Shown here: one piece after another, positions 48,906 through 64,000 of the stretch
Layout: every line of letters begins with the position of its first letter
Position numbering within the stretch: position 1 is the stretch's first letter
Source: the human T2T-CHM13v2.0 reference genome, Homo sapiens
Reading direction: 5' to 3' (one strand)
NCBI RefSeq assembly: GCF_009914755.1
Contig: NC_060934.1
Length of the DNA: 64,000 nt
Made by a program: the position numbers and the translations under genes
The notes under the pieces: model-generated
Told to the model about the DNA's origin: nothing
Databases searched by the model: none
Seen by the model: only the letters and a program-made list of their open reading frames with translations

Positions 48906-49445
48906 CACACTGAAGGGCAGCTCCGACAGACCTCAAATGGGGATGGGGCAAGCTAAGATGCGCCCACTCCAACCTCTTCCACAGCCTTCAGAAAGGGCAG
49001 GCGCAGCTCTGGGCTTCCTGCTGCGAAGGTGCTTACAAGGGCCAGTCGGTGATCACGGGCAGCACAAGAGCATGGCAGAGGGTATCCTGGCCGAGGTCCT
49101 AAGGCGACATCTGCAGCACGAGGAGGCCCCGGGACTCAGACGTGGCCGCTTCGCAGAACGACGGGGTCCTAAGTGGATCTGGCGGTCGCGTCCCGCTGGC
49201 ACCCCGGCTCTGACTGTCGCCCTCCGGCTCCCACCGCAGCGCCGAGCTGGGCCGCCGACCTACGTACCTGGTTGCTTGAGGCAGGCCGCACGCAGCCCCA
49301 AACTGGTCCGGGCCACTTGGGTCACAGCCGCGGTTCCCGGGAGAAAGCGCTCCCTAGCCCCGGAACAGCCAATCCTCGGCCCTAGCCAGGTATGAGCTCC
49401 CAGGCGAGCCTTCCAAACCCAAGGCGGAGTTCCGTGCGCCAATCA
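48906..49445 (-). other. AVPI1: AVPI1 non-coding exon 1 (boundaries uncertain)
   Basis: Lies in a CpG island upstream of the exon 2 acceptor. Candidate donors: CAG|GTACGT (intron starts 49267), GGA|GTGGGC (48967), GTG|GTGAGT (48905). Confidence 0.6.
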
Positions 49446-49860
49446 TCGGTGGGAGACAGGGAGGGGGCGTGTCCATCCCCGCCCCCCGCCTCCGCTGGCC
49501 TCGAAAGCGGAGTGCGAAGCTTCCTCAAACCTAATCGGCGGCGGAGCGGCGGTGAGGGGGCGTGTCTGCCCGGGCCCTGCCCACCGCCCTCTCCGCCCCC
49601 GCGCGGCGCCCGAGGCGCCCCCTTCATTGACGTCAGTCCCCAGGGCCAGCGCGGTTTTGCTGGCGCGGGAGCTGGGCGGGGCTGCATTCCTGCCCCAGGG
49701 TGCGGCGAAAGCTGGCCCTGCCGGGTACACGTGACGGATGCCCCTTCTCCTGGGCCCGAGGCCAGCGCGCGCGGCACTGACTGCCTTGCAGCGCGTGGCC
49801 CTCTGCAGATCCTCAGACTCTGCCGCTCAAGTCCCCTCCCAGCCCACCGTTTGGCTCCGG
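49000..49860 (-). promoter_or_regulatory. AVPI1: AVPI1 CpG-island promoter with full CRE
   Basis: CpG-rich. CCAAT at 49369 and 49439, several GC boxes, palindromic CRE TGACGTCA 49628-49635, E-box CACGTG 49728-49733. Confidence 0.88.
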
Positions 49861-50984
49861 CTTTGAGGGAGAGGAGGGGGCAGTCTGCTGGAGTCAGACC
49901 TTGGGCTTCAAAGCCAGAATGTCGTGGGTTCAAATATTGGGTCATTTGTGCGACTTTGGGCCGGTTACCTAAACAAGACCGTATTTTAAAGTTTGTATGC
50001 ATTCGGAAATGTTCATTAGTGACCTATGCTGTCCGAGTTCCTTGATAGGCCGTAAACAAGAGAGACGGAAAGACCTATAGCCCTTGTCCTGGGGAGTCTA
50101 CAGCCTAGTAAGGGAGGCAGGCATTAAACAACCTAAAACATGGAGTATGTGATTACAGTTGTGATCAATGTTATGGCTATAAGAGGATAAATATGGAGGA
50201 ACCTAAGCTTCCTCTGGGAGGTTCAGGAGGGCTGAAGAAGCAGCATTTAAGCTGAGATATAAAGAAGGAGTTGAAACTGGTCAAATGAAGAGGAGTGGAT
50301 CTGGGGAGACTGCTTTAAGGAAAGAGGGAAAGGCATTTGGTTGGGCCAGGAGGTAGCTTGGCTCCGGAGGAATTAAATGCGACCCGGAGTAAGGCTAGCA
50401 AGAGAGAGCACGGTGGGAAGTAGAAGGCAGAGGCAGGCAGAGAAGGTTGCATGTGATCCTTGGAGGGGTTTAAACAAGGAATGGCATTATATGTACTGTG
50501 TTTATGTAACGGGCATTTTATAGTACTTACCACGTACCAGTAGTGTCAGTCAGCACTTTGCAAATTTCATCATCATGACAAGTTTGTGTTTTTAGAAGGT
50601 CACTCTGGCTGCAGTTTGGAACTTGGATTGGAGGGGGCAGGAGTGGAGGCAGGGTGTCCAGTAGGCCTCTGATAAATGCTTGTTTTGTCCTTGGAAGATG
50701 AAGTGTTTGTGCACTTGTTCAGCAATGCTCAGGAAAGGCTCCTGGGTCTCCCTGACTTCCTTTTTACTTCATAGCTGACCTCTTATCCATTTAAGCTTGA
50801 TTTTTCTTCTGTAAAAGTTGTGGGTGGGAAGGGGAAGAGCCAGCACATGGGGCTTTGTGAATTCCTTGTTGCAGCGTGAAGGGGATGCTTGGGAGCTATT
50901 TGTCCTCACCCCATGATCTCCAGTTCCTCTCTCTGTCCTTCTGCACAAAAACAGCGTAAGTGTTGTTGTGCTGTGGCTAAAAGG

Positions 50985-53880
<2,896 letters not shown>

Positions 53881-53944
53881 ATGGTACATTATAGAAGCAC
53901 TAAAAAAGTACACTATTCATGTAGATTAGAATTAAAGGTCAGTA

Positions 53945-54639
53945 TTGTATTAGCCTGCTGTAACAAAATACCGTAGACTGGGTGGCTTAAACAACATTTA
54001 TTTTCTCACAGCTTTGAAGGCTGGGAAGTCCAAACTTAAGATGCCAGCCAATTCCATTTCTGGTGAAGGCTCTCTTCTTGGCTTGTAGATGGCCACCTTC
54101 TCACTGTGTTCTCACATGCTGAAAGAGAGACAGAGAGAGCATTTGTGAGTAAGCTCTGGGGTCTCTTCTCTTCTCACAAGGACATTCATCCTTATCTTTT
54201 TTTTTTTTTTTCTTTTTGAGACAGAGTCTTGCTCTGTTGCCTAGCCTAGAGTGTAGTGGTGAGATCTCGGCCACTGCAACCTCTGCCTCCCCGGTTCAAG
54301 TGATTCTCCTGCCTCAGCCTCCCAAGTAGCTGCGATTACAGGTGCGTGCCACTATGCCCTGCGAATTTTGTATTTTTAGTAGAGACAGGGTTTCACCATG
54401 TTGGCCAGGCTGGTCTTGAACTCCTTTCCTCAAGTGATCCGCCCGCCCCCACCTCCCAAATTGCTGAGATTACAGGTGTGAGCCACCGTGCCTGGCCAAG
54501 GACAGTAATCCTATTGAATCAGGGCTTCACCCTTACGACCTCGTTTAATCTTAATTACTTCCTTGTTCCCAGTGGAGTCACACTGGAGGTTAGGGCTTCA
54601 ACATATGAATCTTGAGGGACCACAATTCAATCCATAGCT

Positions 54640-54640
<1 letters not shown>
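53945..54640 (-). mobile_element. MaLR LTR (MLT1A/B-like) interrupted by Alu 54197-54497
   Basis: GCTGTAACAAAATACC.TAGACTGGGTGGCTTAAACAAC...AGGGCTTCAACATATGAA. Confidence 0.75.
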
Positions 54641-58082
<3,442 letters not shown>

Positions 58083-59441
58083 TGCTAGGACTGTACATGA
58101 CAGAGAGCAGGAGAATTGACAGCATGCTCTAGATGTCTGTCAGCCCCTTTCTCTCGCCTCCCAAGTTCTTGTGCAATGAGCCCATAAACAAAGTGGCCAT
58201 GGTGGCATAGATGGAGGCTGCCCAGGGATTCAGTTATGTGAACTTCATCTTTCCAAAGCTGACCTAGATAACATCACTGTTGAGTGCCTAATCTGCCAAC
58301 AGCCGAGACCCATACAAAGCCCTCCAATATGGCACCACTCACAGAGGGGACCAACCAGCCACCTGTGGCAAGTTCATTACACTGCACCTGTTTTATCATG
58401 GAGGGGCTGAGATTTGTCCTCATTGCAATAGACACATATTCTGAATATGGATTTGCCTTCCTTGCCCATTATGCTTCTGCAGGAACAGCACCCATGGACT
58501 CACAGAATGCCTTATTTACCATCGTGGGATTCCCCATAACAATACTTCTGGTCAGATAACTCATTTCACAGCAATGGGTTCAAGGCCATGCAATTAACTA
58601 GTTGTTGTTGTTGTTGTTGTTGTTGTTTTGAGATGGAGTCCCGCTCTGTCGCCCAGGCTAGAGTGTAGTGGCGCAATCTCGGCTTACTGCAACCTTCACC
58701 TTCTGGGTTCACGCCATTCTCCCGCCTTCAGCCTCCCGAGTAGCTGGGACTACAGACACCCACCACCACGTCCAGCTAATTTTTTATATTTTTAGTAGAG
58801 ACGGGGTTTCACCATGTTAGTCAAGATGGTCTCGATCTCCTGACCTTGTGATCCGCCCGCCTCAGCCTCCTAGAGTGCTGGGATTACAGGCATGAGCCAC
58901 CACGCCCGGCTGCAATTAACTAGTTTTACCACCTACTCCATCACCTGAAAATAGCTGGGCTAGTTAAAAGGTGGAATGGAGGGCCCGGCACGGTTGCTCA
59001 CGCCTGTAATCCCAGCACTTTGGGAGGCCGAGCTGGGTGGATCACCTGAGGTCGGGAGTTTGAGCCCAGCCTGACTAACATGGAAAAACCCCATCTCTAC
59101 TAAAAATACAAAATTAGCTGGGCATGGTGCCACATGCCTGTAATCCCAGCTACTCGGGAGGCTGAGGCAGGAGAATCGCTTAAACCAGGGAGGTGGAGGT
59201 TGTGGTGAGATCACAGCATTGCACTCCAGCCTGGGCAACAACAGCAAAACTCTATCTCAAACAACAACAACAAACAAACAAACAAACAAACAAAACAAAG
59301 GCAAAGGTGGAATGGTTTACTGAAGACTCAGTTACAGTGCTATTCAGGAGACAAGACACAGAAAGGATGGATTCTGTCTTACGACATGCAATATATACTT
59401 TGAATCATTATTTGAATCTCTTCCATAGCTAGAACTCATGA

Positions 59442-61048
<1,607 letters not shown>

Positions 61049-61335
61049 TGTGAATAGGAGGACTATGTCTGGAAACCAGAGGATCCTCAGGGTGTACCAA
61101 GTGGTACCTCCATGCCCAGTAGTAAAGGTCAATGGGAAACTAGTAGCCAAAAGAAGGCAGGAAGATTGACATCTCAGGCCTTTCAGAAATGAAACTTCAG
61201 ACAGGGTGCGGTGGCTCATGCCTGTAATCCTAGCACTTTGGGAGGCCGAGGTGGGTGGATCACTTGAGTTCAGGAGTTCAAGACAAGCCTGGCCAACATG
61301 GTGAAATCCCATCTCTACTAAAAATACAAAAATTA

Positions 61336-61515
<180 letters not shown>

Positions 61516-61726
61516 TTACTTCAACAGGTAAAAAAATTCACTCATCTGCGGTTCTAGCTAAAATTAGGGGAAATAGGGAATGAGTAGTGAAAGAAGGAAG
61601 GCATAGATATCAATTATGGCCTTGTGACTGATTACTAGCCTGGTCTAGTGACCAGCCACCTGGACTATAGTAGTAGTTTTGCATATTTTCTTTCTGTTTG
61701 TTCTGTATATGTGGGACTTTTTTACA

Positions 61727-63311
61727 TGCTGCCTCAGTCTGTTCAGGGGCTGCTATAACAAAATATCATAGACTAGGTAGCTGCTGCTGCTAATGCTGCT
61801 GCTGCTTTTTTTGGGGTGGGGTAGGGTGTAGAGATGAGATCTTGTTCTATTGCCCAGGCTGGTCTCAACCTCCTGGCCTCAAGCGATCCTTCCACCTTGG
61901 GCTTCCAAAGTACTGGAATTACAGGCCTGAGCCACTATGCCCAGCCAGCAGGTAGCTTCTAGCTTCTAAACTGTAGGGAAAAGAAAGATCAGACTGTTAC
62001 TGTGTCTATATAGAAAGGGAAGACATGAGAGACTCCATTTTGAAAAAAGACCTGTACTTTAAACAATTGCTTTGCTGAGATGTTGTTAATTTGTAGCTTT
62101 GCCCCAGACACTTTGCCCCAGCCACTTTGACCCAACCTGGAGCTCACAAAAACATGTGTTGTATGAAATCAAGGTTTAAGGGATCTAGGGCTGTGCAGGA
62201 TGTGCCTTGTTAACAAAATGTTTATGAGCAGTATACTTGGTAAAAGTCATCGCCATTCTCTAGTCTCAATAAACCAGGGGCACAATGCACTTCGGAAAGC
62301 CGCAGGGACCTCTGCCCTTGAAAGCTGGGTATTGTCCAAGGTTTCTCCCCATGCAATAGTCTGAAATATGGCCTCGTGGGATGAGAAAGACCTGACCGTC
62401 CCCCAGCCTGACACCCGTAAAGGGTCTGTGCTGAGGTGGATTAGTAAAAGAGGAAAGCCTCTTGCAGTTGAGATAGAGGAAGGCCACTGTCTCCTGCCTG
62501 CCCCTGGGAACTAAATGTCTCGGTATAAAACCCGATTGTACATTTGTTCAATTCTGAGATGGGAGAAAAACCGCCCTGTGGCGGGAGGCGAGACATGTTT
62601 GCAGCAATGCTGCTTTGTTATTCTTTACTCCACTGAGATGTTTGGGTGGAGAGAAACATAAATCTGGCTTATGTGCACATCCAGGCATAGTACCTTCCCT
62701 TGAACTTAATTATGACATAGATTCTATTGCTCACATGTTTTTTGCTGACCTTCTCCTTATTATCACCCTGCTCTCCTACTATGTTCCTTTTTGCTGAAAT
62801 AATAAAAATAATAATCAATAAAAACTGAGGGAACTCAGAGGCTGGTGCCGGTGCAGGTCCTTGGTGTGCTGAGTGCCGGTCTCCTGGGCCCACTGTTGTT
62901 TCTCTATACTTTGTCTCTGTGTCTTATTTCTTTTCTCAGTCTCTCGTCCCACCCGACTAGAAATACCCACAGGTGTGGAGGGGCAGGCCACCCCTTCACT
63001 AAAAAACAGAAATTTATTTCTTACTATTCTAGAGGCTAGAAGTCCAAAATCAAGGCACTGTCAGATTCATTGTCTGGTAAGGGCCTGTTTCCTAATTCGT
63101 AGATGGCACCTTCTTGCTGTGTCCTCGCACAGTGGAAGGGCAAGACATCTCTCTGGGGCCTCTTTTATAAGGACATTTATTCCATTAATGAGGGTTCTGC
63201 CCTCATGACATAATCACCTCCCAAAAGTCCCTACCTCCTAATACCACCACCTTGTGGGGTTACGATTTCAACATAAGAATTTGGAGGGACACAAGCATTC
63301 AAATCATAGTA
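61727..63311 (-). mobile_element. MaLR LTR (MLT1A/MST-like) split by a FLAM and LTR5A
   Basis: GCTGCTATAACAAAATA.CATAGACT.GGT before the LTR5A, resuming as AAACAGAAATTTATTTCT...GAGGG.TCTGCCCTCATGAC...TTTCAACAT after it. Confidence 0.75.
61972..62998 (+). mobile_element. HERV-K(HML-2) solo LTR, LTR5A-like, full length
   Basis: TGTAGGGAAAAGAAAG...GGCCACCCCTTCA; TATAAAA 62524-62530; AATAAA 62801 and 62817; 6-bp TSD CTAAAC/CTAAAA. Confidence 0.93.
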
Positions 63312-63624
63312 CTAATTTTTTTGTTTCTCTTTCTCTCCATTTTTATTTCCTATGTAAGTTGTTGCATGCAAGCTAATGTTACAATTTAGTCTTTAGGTAA
63401 AAAATAATAGAGACTATGACTGCATTTGATAAGTATTTAGTAAAGCCAGTGATGCAATGATTGTTGGGACTGTGTGTCTTCTCATTTTGGAGAGAGGATG
63501 AGAACTTCTTCATTTATAAGAAAGACAGTTGGTCTTCTTTAGGCGGAAATATGAAGTTGTTTCAATATTGCATGGAAATTCAAATGTATATAGGAGTGGA
63601 TATGGAAGCTGAGCGTTGATCCAC

Positions 63625-64000
<376 letters not shown>

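Noticed and set aside
48805-50045. 196-217 aa ORFs across the AVPI1 CpG island
   Set aside because: GC-rich low-complexity open frames on both strands; no domain.
61780-61806. Short interrupted (CTG)n
   Set aside because: About eight interrupted units, intergenic; far below expansion-prone length.

Overview
Human (primate) genomic DNA, very Alu-rich, containing two complete, convergently transcribed genes. PI4K2A (+ strand; 9 coding exons, 2945-35943, 1440 nt = 479 aa + stop; CpG-island promoter ~2600-3730; ~2.7 kb 3'UTR ending ~38640). AVPI1 (- strand; non-coding exon 1 in a CpG island at ~49000-49800, coding exons 41758-42044 and 40070-40226, 444 nt = 147 aa + stop; poly(A) signal 39639-39644). 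The distal ~14 kb is intergenic: L1M and MaLR fragments, a decayed ERVL integrase region with nested MLT1, Alu and an intact HERV-K(HML-2) LTR5A solo LTR, and an LTR41-like element. Most ORFs in the supplied track are Alu, microsatellite or GC-rich artefacts. I see no evidence of a new coding gene or a wholly new biological system. The most unusual unexplained structure is a cluster of apparent template-switch scars 0.6-1.8 kb upstream of the PI4K2A ATG: an inverted duplication, a junction hairpin, a 45-bp copy shared with intron 1 and a fold-back Alu. Also notable are a nested AT-rich palindrome in intron 2, a near-consensus CTCF site between the convergent 3' ends, a transposon-derived poly(A) signal, an AluYb8 inserted into an older Alu's target-site duplication (TSD), and alternative AVPI1 donors that would include or exclude two uORFs. 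Repeat subfamily names are from memory of consensus sequences, and their boundaries are approximate.
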